The position numbers and the translations under genes are program-made. A stretch of 63,597 nt of DNA, filler included, from Octopus bimaculoides (taxonomy: Eukaryota): the NCBI RefSeq assembly GCF_001194135.2. It is 6 parts of 5 records of this genome, joined end to end, with 100 filler letters (N's around TTAATTAATTAA, not from the genome) between each part and the next. Parts side by side here need not be neighbours in the genome. Positions count along the whole stretch, not along the records: positions 25,833 to 51,893 come from NC_068982.1; positions 51,994 to 60,875 come from NC_068990.1; positions 60,976 to 62,406 come from NW_026402452.1; positions 62,507 to 63,597 come from NC_068986.1; 2 more parts are not named here. One strand, 5' to 3'. Shown here one piece after another: positions 50,334-63,360 of the stretch. How positions within the stretch are numbered: position 1 is the stretch's first letter; each line of letters opens with the position of its first letter. The notes under the pieces are model-generated. The model was not told the DNA's origin. It saw only the letters and a list, made by a program, of their open reading frames with translations, and did no database searches.

Positions 50334-51212
50334 NNNNNNNNNNNNNNNNNNNNNNNNNNNNNNNNNNNNNNNNNNNNNNNNNNNNNNNNNNNNNNNNNNN
50401 NNNNNNNNNNNNNNNNNNNNNNNNNNNNNNNNNNNNNNNNNNNNNNNNNNNNNNNNNNNNNNNNNNNNNNNNNNNNNNNNNNNNNNNNNNNNNNNNNNNN
50501 NNNNNNNNNNNNNNNNNNNNNNNNNNNNNNNNNNNNNNNNNNNNNNNNNNNNNNNNNNNNNNNNNNNNNNNNNNNNNNNNNNNNNNNNNNNNNNNNNNNN
50601 NNNNNNNNNNNNNNNNNNNNNNNNNNNNNNNNNNNNNNNNNNNNNNNNNNNNNNNNNNNNNNNNNNNNNNNNNNNNNNNNNNNNNNNNNNNNNNNNNNNN
50701 NNNNNNNNNNNNNNNNNNNNNNNNNNNNNNNNNNNNNNNNNNNNNNNNNNNNNNNNNNNNNNNNNNNNNNNNNNNNNNNNNNNNNNNNNNNNNNNNNNNN
50801 NNNNNNNNNNNNNNNNNNNNNNNNNNNNNNNNNNNNNNNNNNNNNNNNNNNNNNNNNNNNNNNNNNNNNNNNNNNNNNNNNNNNNNNNNNNNNNNNNNNN
50901 NNNNNNNNNNNNNNNNNNNNNNNNNNNNNNNNNNNNNNNNNNNNNNNNNNNNNNNNNNNNNNNNNNNNNNNNNNNNNNNNNNNNNNNNNNNNNNNNNNNN
51001 NNNNNNNNNNNNNNNNNNNNNNNNNNNNNNNNNNNNNNNNNNNNNNNNNNNNNNNNNNNNNNNNNNNNNNNNNNNNNNNNNNNNNNNNNNNNNNNNNNNN
51101 NNNNNNNNNNNNNNNNNNNNNNNNNNNNNNNNNNNNNNNNNNNNNNNNNNNNNNNNNNNNNNNNNNNNNNNNNNNNNNNNNNNNNNNNNNNNNNNNNNNN
51201 NNNNNNNNNNNN

Positions 51213-51253
<41 letters not shown>

Positions 51254-51993
51254 CACACCCACCATCACTTGGCAATTGGTGCCGACTTGTTTGTGAGCTG
51301 CATCTTACCAATTCGATTGAGGGAACGGGTGCAATATTTAGAAATAAAAAAAAAGTACGTGGATTGATTTTTTTGAAGAAACATTTCAAAGTGGTTCAAC
51401 AGCACGGCCGCCGTCCAGTGACTGAAACAAGTGAAACATTTTAGAAAAAAAAGACGATAAAATAAGTTGTAAACTGCCACACGTCACATGCGATTTAGGA
51501 GCAACCGGTTAAAATTCAAGAATATTGTAGATGGCGCTTCTGAATAATTAATGTCGGAAAAGGAAGCTCTTAGAGGATTAGCATATAGCTAGACCTGTGA
51601 ATAAAAGCTGACTTCTGAAGTGCTTGATCCATAACAGAAATATTCAGATGTATTGAAACCATGCATTACGGCACTCACTCGCAGACACACGCACAGGAAC
51701 ACACACACACACGCGCGCACAAGCACATACATTCACACCCATACAAGCATGCACGCATGCACATATTTATTCATAAAACATGTTTATATTTATTGTATAT
51801 ATATGTCTATATTGAAAGTAATAAATGTATACGTACATACACACACGCACACACGCATACATATGTATACAGAAATATAGATTTATATATATANNNNNNN
51901 NNNNNNNNNNNNNNNNNNNNNNNNNNNNNNNNNNNNNTTAATTAATTAANNNNNNNNNNNNNNNNNNNNNNNNNNNNNNNNNNNNNNNNNNNN

Positions 51994-52038
<45 letters not shown>

Positions 52039-52685
52039 GAGTGTGATAAGTGCATGTATGTTTGTATGAATGGAAGCACATATTAAAAACAAAATCAAAC
52101 ATAACAACAGCAAGAATAATAAAAGCAGAAGTATTTTACCTGAAATACTTTTAAAGCACTTGACAAACAGCCAACTTGATTCTTCAGTGACAACAATATG
52201 GAACCCACTTTTTCACGACTTGAACAACCTCTTCCATTTTCTGTTTCCTATTATTTAAAAGAACACACAAATTATATACTGCACATGTTTCGGTAGCAAA
52301 ATTTTATTTAGAACACAAGTACACAGTATAACTTGAGATCTAACAATATGCAACATCATTTAACATAATTTAAAGTCGTGTTTTCATAAAGAAGTGTCGT
52401 TTTATGAAAACACGATCTTACACTACGTTGCATGAAATTGCGTATTATAACATGCTAAATTACATAATTTATCTGTGTTCTAAATAAAATTCTGCTATGG
52501 AAACATATGTAGTAACGCCCAAAACACCCATGCATTTCATCCCTATCACTATAAATTTCACTGCGTCTAATGTATCAATTACTCTTTGGATACATACTTG
52601 AATTTTCAGGATGCCTGATACTGGTGCACCACCCTTTCAACCCGGCCTTCACGAATGATTTGAACGGTTAACTAGCTTGGAATTT

Positions 52686-52726
52686 TCGGATTAAACTATC
52701 GGATTAAACTATCGGATTAAACTATC
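52686..52726. repeat. 13-bp tandem repeat (TCGGATTAAACTA)x3
   Basis: Directly visible perfect copies. Confidence 0.9.
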
Positions 52727-53129
52727 TAGCCATAACACGCGTTGTGCTTCGCTGTTCATTTGCCTTGATCTAATTTAATCTAATATATGTAATCTAAAAC
52801 AGTTTGATTCGGCTCCATGGCTCCATGCCACTTAAAATTTCGTGAGCCTTTGACAGAAGCCCGTCTCTTTCAGGCTTCGGTAATCTAAGACTGAAAGAGG
52901 TCCGCAAAACTTGAAACGCATTGAGCCAAATCAAATTGTTTTAAATAATACATGTAACTCCCATTAAATGTGTTGAGTGCCTTTTTCTTTCGGTTGTGCA
53001 CTCACTCGTATGTATATATATACTTTCTTGTTGGAAATGGATGCGTGGCGTTTAATTAAATTATAATATAATTAATAAGCCTAACAACAGATAGAGGAAT
53101 TAGGATGTCCTCTGGTTCAACCCGATTTT

Positions 53130-53940
53130 CAGTTTGCATGTTTCAACCAAGATCGCTGGAAAATTTTTTGCTGCTTTGGACAAGTGTTTTTCTAAATCTA
53201 ATCGGTATCATGCTATTTTTAATCGACACACTGTGAAGGTATCCTACGTCAACTCTGATAATTTAGAGCAATTTTTGCATCGCATAAACAATAGCAAAAT
53301 GCTATTGGATCTAGCGAACATTTGCATCTAAATACCAACCAAGGAGATGTAAACCGCATTGATAAACACCAACTACGACCAATTTGTAGTAGTAGAAATA
53401 CTTATGATACAGCTAGCATGGTAACAACGCCGGTAAATGGAGTTAGGATTGCCTTATATACAAATAAATACAAGAAATGCTCATGCAGAGAAAAATCAAA
53501 ATGTCCTTTGATGAATCTCTGTATGAGTACAAATCTTATATATAAATGTACCGTGCACACAAGGGGAGGGCCATATGTTTTCATTGGTCAGAAGGCTGAT
53601 TCATTTAAGAATCGTTTTTGTAACCATGTTGCCAGCTTTAAGACAATCAATAAGAAACATTCAACATCTTTGGCAGATTTTGTACGGCGACTGAAGGAGG
53701 ATAAAATGAAGTACAGCATTAATCGGTCCATAGTAAGGTATGCGAAAATAGTAAGGTATTGGTCCATAGTAAGGTATTGGTCCATAGTAAGGTATTGGTC
53801 CATAGTAAGGTATAATTTCCAGGAAATGCCGTCTCTGTTCCAAGGAAACCCTGTCTATTCTGTAGACTAACGAGATAATCGAATTTCTGAACGACTCTCG
53901 AGATGCTTACACGCATATAAATGTACTTTTGCATAATGCA
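53130..53940 (+). mobile_element. Penelope-like element relic (RT C-terminus plus GIY-YIG)
   Basis: VSTKIAGKFF..LDKCF..IFNRHTVKVSY; CSCREKSKCPL..C..NLIYKCTV..VFIGQ..SFKNRFCNHVASF..HSTSLADFV; KKCRLC. It contains an internal 18-bp tandem repeat. Confidence 0.9.
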
Positions 53941-54283
53941 GTGAGTTTGAATTTTGAGTAGCCATTAATTTGACTTAATTTGCATTAAGGTATGATCATG
54001 AGTGCACCAAACCTCGCGTGTGCGTATGGTCACATTTTTGCGAATGCTTGTATGAGCGAGTGTACTCGCGCCAGACACCTTGCCCGAGGGCGTTTATAGA
54101 TCCATATCTGATAACGGTTATTTTTAATACTTTTCTCGCTGGATTGCGTGTTCGTTTCTATTTTTGCCGTCTGTAATTTTATTTTTGATCTTCTATATTA
54201 ATGAAAATATTTCCTCCGTCTGACTGCTTTTCTCACTACAAAACGGAAAGTTACATTGCGGAACAGTCATTTTAATGAGTTGT

Positions 54284-54408
54284 ATTTATTTATCACCTGA
54301 CGAGATACATCTACAGCACCGAATGCTCCTGAACCAGTTATTGAGAGTCCCACCCAAGAGAAATCGATACTAGATGTGTCGAAGCAATTGTCATGACTAA
54401 TAATAAAT
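54284..54408 (+). ncRNA. Type I hammerhead ribozyme-like motif with long stem-II insert (probable Penelope pLTR)
   Basis: CTGACGA 54297-54303; 10-bp stem II GATACATCTA/TAGATGTGTC; GAA(G); palindromic CAATTG; GTC cleavage triplet; stem I TCAC/ATGA plus ATTTATT/AATAAAT. Confidence 0.6.
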
Positions 54409-55559
54409 TCTTGCATATTTCATCTACCGTCTTTCATTTGCTATATATATATATATATATATATGGAATAATTACCATGAAGCATTGTGTAGAATTAATT
54501 TCAGCGTGGAAGGTGTTTATAAGCCATTTAAAAACGCACAAATACAGTTGGATTCACTTCAACATTTAAATTTAATTTGCCAAAATATTTCCGTCACTTT
54601 GAGACCACGACCTGATCACTGACAGGTCAGGTCACTTGCTATGCAAGTACATCTGCGTAATTGTGTAGAATATATTGTATAAAAGATCGTGGGTAAGGCC
54701 AAAACAATGCGAAGTATATGCAAGGTAAATCACAAGAAAACAAATATGTGAATTAATGTAGACTTACCCCTTGTATTCAATATTTCGGGGTTATGAACCT
54801 ATTTCAAGAAATTGACGAATGTTGCCGATGTGCACATCGGCAACATTAAACAACATGAAATACGAAAGCAATGAGTTAAATACGCAAATAACGAGAGAAA
54901 AAAAAGGACAAGTAATACAAAGATTACCCTTCATCAGTTGTCGGTTATCTCTCCACTCCCCATTTCGAGCAATCAAGGACAATATGAGTCTTCGAAGACA
55001 GTTGCTCCCATAAACGCCAAAATAAAATTTTGGATTTATGGAGAGTCAAAGTTAAGAAAAAAACAGGGTAGTGGAGACATACAGGAAAACCGAACGAAAA
55101 CAAACATAGAGGAGCGTTAGACTTGAACGAGGAGAAAATAGTAAACGCTGAGAGAAATATTTTCTTTGAAAAGAGAAAAGATAGGAGAGATAGGAGACGT
55201 CCAGTCCTTAAAACGTCCGTACAGGAAAGAAAGATGTTCACGTGAGGAAAAGAAAGGTGGACGATGGTCACGTGCGAGCAACGAGAGAGAGAGATAAAGA
55301 GAAAGAGAGGGGAGAGAGACAGACAGAAAACGGTGAAAGGGAGAAAAGGTGAATTAGAGAGGACAGGGGAGAAAACAGTATAGAGTAGAGGCGCATCAAA
55401 AAGGTTAAGATAAACTTATATTATATGGTGTCTGGGGAGAGTCATTCTGTTTTAATGCCTCGTTAATTAACGCACTCACTGGTTCGATTTCCACTCATTT
55501 ACTTTTTTTTTCTCAAATTTTCGTTGTTTCTTGCAACCTCTTCAATAGTCAACGAAATG

Positions 55560-55594
<35 letters not shown>

Positions 55595-55599
<5 letters not shown>

Positions 55600-56707
55600 A
55601 GAAGTAAATAGACACCGTTAATTTTCAAAATTTCTGATCTAAGCGTCTTAATATGTTTTCAGCGGTGTAGAATTTACAATGTAATTATTCGTTTTCATTC
55701 CAGATGCCATTATATTAAACATTTGCGAAGAGTAACCATACCACGCACAAAAAAATTCAGCAGAACTGTCAGATTTTCAAAGAGGTTGTATTGTTGGGCA
55801 ATCTGAGGCTGGTCTTAGCCAGTGAAAAATTGCCGAAAACCTTCAAATTCCTCTTGCTACTGTTAATAGAATTATAGTGCAATTCAAAAGCCAAGGAAAA
55901 GAATCAACAGATTCTCGTCCCGGTCGACCTGGGCCCTCGGAAAGGAAGCTTCGCTGTTTGAAGAGAATTGTGGAAAACGAACCCCGCTCGAAGGCTTCTG
56001 ACATTGCAAAACAGCTAGAAGTTAATCCAAGAACGTGTAACATATCTGCATAAGCTTGGATATTATGGACGAGCAGCTAGAAGAAAACCTCTCCTTCAAC
56101 CAATTAATATCATGAAAAGAAAGAAACGGACTAAGGAAACGTCAGACAAATCCAGTTCATTTTGGGATAGAGTGATTTTCTCAGATGAATCCAGATTTGC
56201 ATTATTTTCAGACAGTGGACGTGTTTGGGTCTGGAGACTTCCTAATCAAGAATTTGATTTGAAACGACTCCAACCAACTGTGAAACATGGCGGTAACTCT
56301 GTAATGGTATGGGGAGCTGTCACCAACAATGGTCGTTCTCAGCTGATAGAATGTGTTGGAACCATAAACTCTGAAAAATACATCGAAATACTTAAGCAAG
56401 GACTACTTCCGATGTATTCACACGATAGCATAACGAAAAATGAGATGAAACTCCATGCCACACAGCGAAAAGGGATCAACAATGGCTGACTGAAAATGGG
56501 ATCAAGAAGCTTCCTTGGCCGAGCCAATCTCCTGACATGAACCCAACTGAAAATCTTTGGAACATACTAGATAGAGCTATACGCAAAACTCAACAGAAAC
56601 CTAAATCTAAAGATGAATTGTTTCGATTGTTGCGTGAAAAGTGGGCAGAAATTCCACAAGCGACAATCACAAATTAAAGGCGCCTATTTACTTCCTGCAT
56701 TTCTGTG
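55595..56707 (+). mobile_element. Defective Tc1 (DD34E) transposon
   Basis: TIR ATACAAGAAGTAAATAGACACC and GGCGCCTATTTACTTCCTGCATTTCTGTG. Motifs [45 protein letters not shown]. There is a deletion around the second Asp. Confidence 0.92.
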
Positions 56708-56749
56708 CATACAGGGAGAGAGCGAGAGAGATACATACATATACATATA

Positions 56750-56829
<80 letters not shown>

Positions 56830-57355
56830 NNNNNNNNNNNNNNNNNNNNNNNNNNNNNNNNNNNNNNNNNNNNNNNNNNNNNNNNNNNNNNNNNNNNNNN
56901 NNNNNNNNNNNNNNNNNNNNNNNNNNNNNNNNNNNNNNNNNNNNNNNNNNNNNNNNNNNNNNNNNNNNNNNNNNNNNNNNNNNNNNNNNNNNNNNNNNNN
57001 NNNNNNNNNNNNNNNNNNNNNNNNNNNNNNNNNNNNNNNNNNNNNNNNNNNNNNNNNNNNNNNNNNNNNNNNNNNNNNNNNNNNNNNNNNNNNNNNNNNN
57101 NNNNNNNNNNNNNNNNNNNNNNNNNNNNNNNNNNNNNNNNNNNNNNNNNNNNNNNNNNNNNNNNNNNNNNNNNNNNNNNNNNNNNNNNNNNNNNNNNNNN
57201 NNNNNTATATATACAAACATACATACATACATACATACATACATACATGCATACATATGTATTCTTTTATTCTTTCACTGGTTTCAGCCAGAATCTGAGT
57301 CCATGCTGGAGCACCCTCTGTAAAAAATAAACGAGCATAGATACTGCCGAAACCC

Positions 57356-57750
57356 GGGCTGTGTAGTAAGTAGCTTGCTTACCAACCACATGGTTCCGGG
57401 TTCAGTCCCACTGCGTGGCACTTTGGGCAAGTGCCTTCTACTATAGCCTCGGGCCGACCAAACCCTTGTGAGTGGATTTGGTAGACGGAAACTGAAAGAA
57501 GCCCGTCGTATATATGTATATATATATATGTATGTGTGTTTGTGTGTCTGTGTTTGTCCCCCCACCATCGCTTGACAACCGATCGTGTTGTATTTACATC
57601 CCCGTAACTTAGCGGTTCGGCAAAAGAGACCGATAGAATAAGTACTAGGCTTCCAAAGAATAAGTCCTGGGGTCGATTTTCTCGACTAAAGGCGGTGCTC
57701 CAGCATGGCTGCAGTCAAATGACTGAAACAAGTAAAAGAGTAAAAGTAAG
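57356..57750 (+). mobile_element. Family A SINE, well-preserved full-length copy
   Basis: Complete head, GGCACTTTGGGCAAGTG CORE-like motif, short microsatellite, and tail CGACTAAAGGCGGTGCTCCAGCATGGCTGCAGTCAAATGACTGAAACAAGTAAAAGAG. Confidence 0.9.
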
Positions 57751-58100
57751 AGAGTATGAGTTAAACAAGATTTTTAATAACAGAAACTATGTATATTAAA
57801 ACATTACAAAGCATCGTTGTGAGTGAAATAAGAATGTGTATGCATTCTTTCTATGCTGCTGGTGCGCAGAAAAAAAAGAGGGACAAGTCCTCAAATGGAC
57901 GGTTTCATAGTTTGTTGATCGCTTCTCACAGAAGTACATTAAAAAAAAAATTCCCTGCAATATAACAAGCTTATCAATTAGCATTTTCAGAAAACTAAAA
58001 TAAAGTTATACATACAATTGATACGCTAACAATAGGCTTGTTAAAAGAAATTTAACTCTGACACCCCGAACTAAAAAGGTTCGCTATTATTGACCTAGCC

Positions 58101-58335
58101 CAGTGTTTCTCAACCATTTTGTACCTATGAACCCCTTTGGTACCTATTTTACTCGGATGAACACTCTTAACCATTTGATGTTTAAAAAAACTTTATATTT
58201 TTATAATTAAATATTATTAGAAACTGTATTTAAAAAACTGTTAAAACATTTTGTGTATTGTAGAAGTATAACCAATGTATTGCTCAGCAAAATCTTACAT
58301 GGACCCCCAAGCATCATATGGGTTGAGATCCACAC
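58101..58335. mobile_element. Diverged hAT MITE
   Basis: CAGTGTTTCTCAACC ... GGTTGAGA termini, imperfect TSD ACCTAGCC/ACCTAGAT, and GGACCCC subterminal motif as in the 11752 MITE. Confidence 0.55.
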
Positions 58336-58589
58336 ACCTAGATAATAAAACAAAGTTACGACCAAAAACCACATAGATATGCATGAGGCACGGTCAGTGA
58401 GCGCAACAAGCGCTAATGGACACAGTCCCTAATATTCCAATATCATATTTCAGTTATCCCCCAAATACTCAGCTACACCGCATACTTTCACAATACCACA
58501 AACCATCTCCTCGTAATATCTTAACACTCACAGCAATATCAAACCACGCATCACAATATTATATCACATCACACGTTCTCATACTGCCA

Positions 58590-59200
58590 GCTCAAACATC
58601 ACTACCACCATCATCACCATCACCACCACCATCACCACCATCATTATCACCACCATCATTATCACCACCATCACCATCACCATATTATCACTACTACTAC
58701 CAACATCACTTCTATCACCACCATCACTACATTTCGCCACCATCATCACCACCATGACTAACACCACCACCATCACCACCATCACCACCATCACCACCAC
58801 CATCACCATTACCACTGTCACGCGTAATAAACCAACGAATCACCACATTATGCCATGTGCAATGGCATAGCACCACTCAAAACAACATTATATCGGCCAG
58901 CAGGATACCATAACCAAACTATGATATTATACTATATCATACCATTACTGCATGACATCCTTACAACCTCCTCACTATACAACACATCACGTCATACCAT
59001 ACCAAACCATACGCTACACTGCTGCACGACACCACAAACCACGACACTACACCAATATCAATCGATATCAAACGATCAACTACGATACCATAACACATAT
59101 CAACATCACTACCACCACAACCACCATCACTACTACCACCACACCATATCACCCTCCACCATCCATATCACCCGCCGCCATGACTCCATAATGCCAATTA
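58590..59200. repeat. (CAC/CAT)n trinucleotide-rich low-complexity region
   Basis: Directly visible. It generates spurious Pro/His/Thr-rich ORFs. Confidence 0.9.
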
Positions 59201-60713
59201 CGACACAATACCGCCCAGCCACGTCATAAAACGCCTTCACCGCATCATGTCACCCATCACGATATCATTAAAGAAAATAAGACAAAAGGCGAAATTACTT
59301 TTTTTTTTTTTAAATGGGATATCAGCTAAATGTTCGATATCCTCAGCTGAACTTCTTCACAGCATATCGGCCACATCAATAATGATTCTCTATAGCTGAG
59401 CTATGCCATTGTTACGTGTACATATATATGTATATNNNNNNNNNNNNNNNNNNNNNNNNNNNNNNNNNNNNNNNNNNNNNNNNNNNNNNNNNNNNNNNNN
59501 NNNNNNNNNNNNNNNNNNNNNNNNNNNNNNNNNNNNNNNNNNNNNNNNNNNNNNNNNNNNNNNNNNNNNNNNNNNNNNNNNNNNNNNNNNNNNNNNNNNN
59601 NNNNNNNNNNNNNNNNNNNNNNNNNNNNNNNNNNNNNNNNNNNNNNNNNNNNNNNNNNNNNNNNNNNNNNNNNNNNNNNNNNNNNNNNNNNNNNNNNNNN
59701 NNNNNNNNNNNNNNNNNNNNNNNNNNNNNNNNNNNNNNNNNNNNNNNNNNNNNNNNNNNNNNNNNNNNNNNNNNNNNNNNNNNNNNNNNNNNNNNNNNNN
59801 NNNNNNNNNNNNNNNNNNNNNNNNNNNNNNNNNNNNNNNNNNNNNNNNNNNNNNNNNNNNNNNNNNNNNNNNNNNNNNNNNNNNNNNNNNNNNNNNNNNN
59901 NNNNNNNNNNNNNNNNNNNNNNNNNNNNNNNNNNNNNNNNNNNNNNNNNNNNNNNNNNNNNNNNNNNNNNNNNNNNNNNNNNNNNNNNNNNNNNNNNNNN
60001 NNNNNNNNNNNNNNNNNNNNNNNNNNNNNNNNNNNCACCACCGCCGCCACCACCACAACCACCGCACTGCCACAATCACCCACCATTGCCCATGACCAAC
60101 ACCATCATCCACCATTACTAAACTAATTGTCCTCTGTATTAAACGAAAGCTGCCAGATCAAATGTGACGTGAATGCTCCAACGTTCCATTCGGCCGTCCA
60201 GTTTTCCGATATTGTAATTCTGTAATTCTGTAATTCTGTAATTCATGAATACAAATTAAAGCTTCGCTCCACATCATTCCCACGCATACTCATTCCACCA
60301 CCTGTCATCTACTAGCCATCATACCACTATCACCATTACCATCACCATCATCTTCGCTATCACTATCACCGCTTTGCCTTCTCAACAGTCATTAGTCTGT
60401 CTGCCCGCCCCCTCTCTCTCACCCTCTATTTCTCTCTCACTCACTCTCTCTCTCTCACTTTTCCTCTCCTCCTCTCTGTATCATATCTTTCTTTTCACCT
60501 CTCTTTCACCCATTCTCTTCCACACTCATATGCGTACATATATACATAACACACATATATATACACATACATACATACACATGCATAGATATGAGTGCGT
60601 ATGTGTGCGTGCGTGTGTGTGTGTGTGTGCACACGCGGATGTGCATGTGGGTGTGCATGTTCTCGTTCTCTCGGCTTTTCCATTTCACTTCATGCCACAC
60701 ACATGTACACACA

Positions 60714-60751
<38 letters not shown>

Positions 60752-60975
60752 TACACATACACACATACAACCAACCAACCAACCAAGCATGAACATATAT
60801 ACACGCACAAGCACCCACAAATCCATTTTATACCCTATATCCTTGTTATAATATTATATATATATATACATATATNNNNNNNNNNNNNNNNNNNNNNNNN
60901 NNNNNNNNNNNNNNNNNNNTTAATTAATTAANNNNNNNNNNNNNNNNNNNNNNNNNNNNNNNNNNNNNNNNNNNN

Positions 60976-61075
60976 ATTATTATTATTATTATTATTCAGG
61001 TCACTACCTGGAATCGAGCTCGGAACCTTGGCGTTAAGAGCGTGCGTGGCCTACTAACCCCATGATTCCGCGTTC
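60976..61075 (-). mobile_element. Family D SINE head plus (AAT)n, with a locally inverted head fragment
   Basis: (ATT)n-CAGGTCACTACCTGGAATCGAGCTCGGAACCTTGG is the reverse complement of the 8172-8245 head. It is followed by forward-oriented GGCCTACTAACCCCATGATTCCG. Confidence 0.6.
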
Positions 61076-61354
61076 GCTTCCTTGCACCTCTGCTATGTTT
61101 CGGTGCAAGGAATTTTTGTCAGTTTGCATAAAGGAAAGTTCATTATAAAAAATGTCTCAGCGACTAAGCGGTTCAGTAAAAGGAACTGTTTTTCTTCTTT
61201 TTTTTTTGGCTGTACTGCTCACTCTGTAACAGAGAGATTATCTTTTGAATGAAACGCTCAGACAAGAAAAACATTCTGATACCTCTCCCGATATGCTCAA
61301 AATAGCTACAAATAATTAGAAAAGAATATAACCTCGCTTTTTAAAATGGGAAGA

Positions 61355-61930
61355 AAATTATATAATGTGGTACGATAGTACTTGAATAGAATGAGCGAGC
61401 GAAAAGTCATGACCTAGATGCTTTGATCCAAGGTCTGGCCGGTTAAGTATAATCAGCAACAACAATAATGATTCCAGTGAGGCAGTTAAAGGCGTCTCTG
61501 GAGATCTGGAGATAGGACGAGATCTGCAGAGAGATGAACTATAAATAAAGAAAATTAAATTATGTGGTACAGTCTTACATGAATAGAATGAAGAAAATGT
61601 CATGACCTCGATGCTTTCATCCAAGGTCCGGCCGGTTAAGTATAATCATCAACAACAATAATGATTCCAGTGAGGCAGTTAAAGGCGTCTATGGAGAGCT
61701 GGAGATAGGACGAGATCTGTAGGGCGATGAACTATAAATAAAGAAAATTAAATTATGTGGTACAGTCTTACATGAATAGAATGAGGAAAATGTCATGACC
61801 TCGATGCTTTCATCCAAGGTCTGGCCGGTTAAGTATAATCATCAACAACAATAATGATTCCAGTGAGGCAGTTAAAGGCGTCTATGGAGAGCTGGAGATA
61901 GGACGAGATCTGCAGAGAGATGAACCATAA
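61355..61930. repeat. 193-bp tandem repeat, ~3 copies
   Basis: GGTTAAGTATAATC at 61441, 61634 and 61827. The units are highly similar. Confidence 0.92.
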
Positions 61931-62644
61931 TTACTTCACTTGGATGTCAATAACGTGAACATCATTATACTACGGCCAGTCCTGTTGTACCAACAGACAT
62001 TGAGAATATGTAATAAAAAGGCTTCATTAATCTAATTTGTTAAGTTCTATTCTCCTCTGCAAATAGCTCAAAACTTGTTTTACAAGAAATAATCATGAAA
62101 TAGAAATAATTACACGAATCAACAGGCAATTTTATCCGTCTGTGTTTGCGTATGTGTTTTTCACTACTCTTTTCTATGTGGTATTGTATGATTTAGTGTT
62201 TGCATGAATCGTGTCTATGAATGCATGCTTGTCTTTTTGAATTTTTTGTTGCTTCCATTTCATTTGAATATATGAATGTGTTGAATGTGTGTATGTGTGT
62301 CTGTTTGAACGCGCGTCTGTGAGTGTTTCTGAAAGTGTGTCTGTGTGTGCGTAAGGATGTGCTGGTGTTTATATGTGAACATGTGTTTGCGTGAATATGT
62401 GAATGTNNNNNNNNNNNNNNNNNNNNNNNNNNNNNNNNNNNNNNNNNNNNTTAATTAATTAANNNNNNNNNNNNNNNNNNNNNNNNNNNNNNNNNNNNNN
62501 NNNNNNTTATTCTAGTGGTTGCGTGCGCCAAACCACTAAATAACGGAAACGGGAACAAACCAACACCGGCTTTCAAGCGGAGGGGTATCAAACACAAACA
62601 GAATGGGGCTTACCATCGATGCACACTGATGGCTAGTAACATGT

Positions 62645-62705
<61 letters not shown>

Positions 62706-62922
62706 GAAAAAATAATAATCAGGTACTCAGATGTCTGGATGGTTGTACATTTACAGATTTTTATTCATATGTCACATGTCTGATAAATTAACGCTTTCAC
62801 CTAGTCTTGTAGGGTCATCAAATTCTTGGGAAACATGGGTATTCTGCTCAACGCACACACACACATGTATACACATATTTATATTTACACATATGTATAT
62901 ATATATATATANNNNNNNNNNC

Positions 62923-63275
62923 CACCTTTAGTCGAACAAATCGATCCCAGGACTTATTCTTTGTAAGCCTAGTACGTATTCTATCAGCCTCTCGTGCCGA
63001 ACCGCTAAGTTACGAAAGCATAAACACACCAACATCAGTTGTCAAGCGATGTTGGGGCACAAACACAGACTCACAAACACATACATACATACACGTATAT
63101 GCATATATATATATATATATATATACGACGGGCTTCTTTCAGTTTCCGTCTACCAGATCCACTAACAAGGCTTTGGTCGGACCGAGGCTTTAGTAGGAGA
63201 CACTTGCCCACAGTGCCAAGCAGTGAAACTGATCCCGGAACCATGTAGTTGGTATGCAAGCTACTTACTTACCAT
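62923..63275 (-). mobile_element. Family A SINE, full length
   Basis: Reverse complement of the 57356-57750 architecture, with internal microsatellite. Confidence 0.88.
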
Positions 63276-63360
63276 ACACCCACTCCGGCGCCTTTAAAAA
63301 GAAAATGATTTGTTCAGTTGTTGTCGCTGGTTTTAAATTTTAAATTTCTTTTACAATTCA

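Noticed and set aside
58416-59229. Pro/His/Thr-rich ORFs
   Set aside because: They derive from CAC/CAT low-complexity repeats.
61355-61930. CRISPR-like or ribozyme interpretation of the 193-bp array
   Set aside because: Whole units repeat without unique spacers, the context is eukaryotic, and no catalytic core motif was found.
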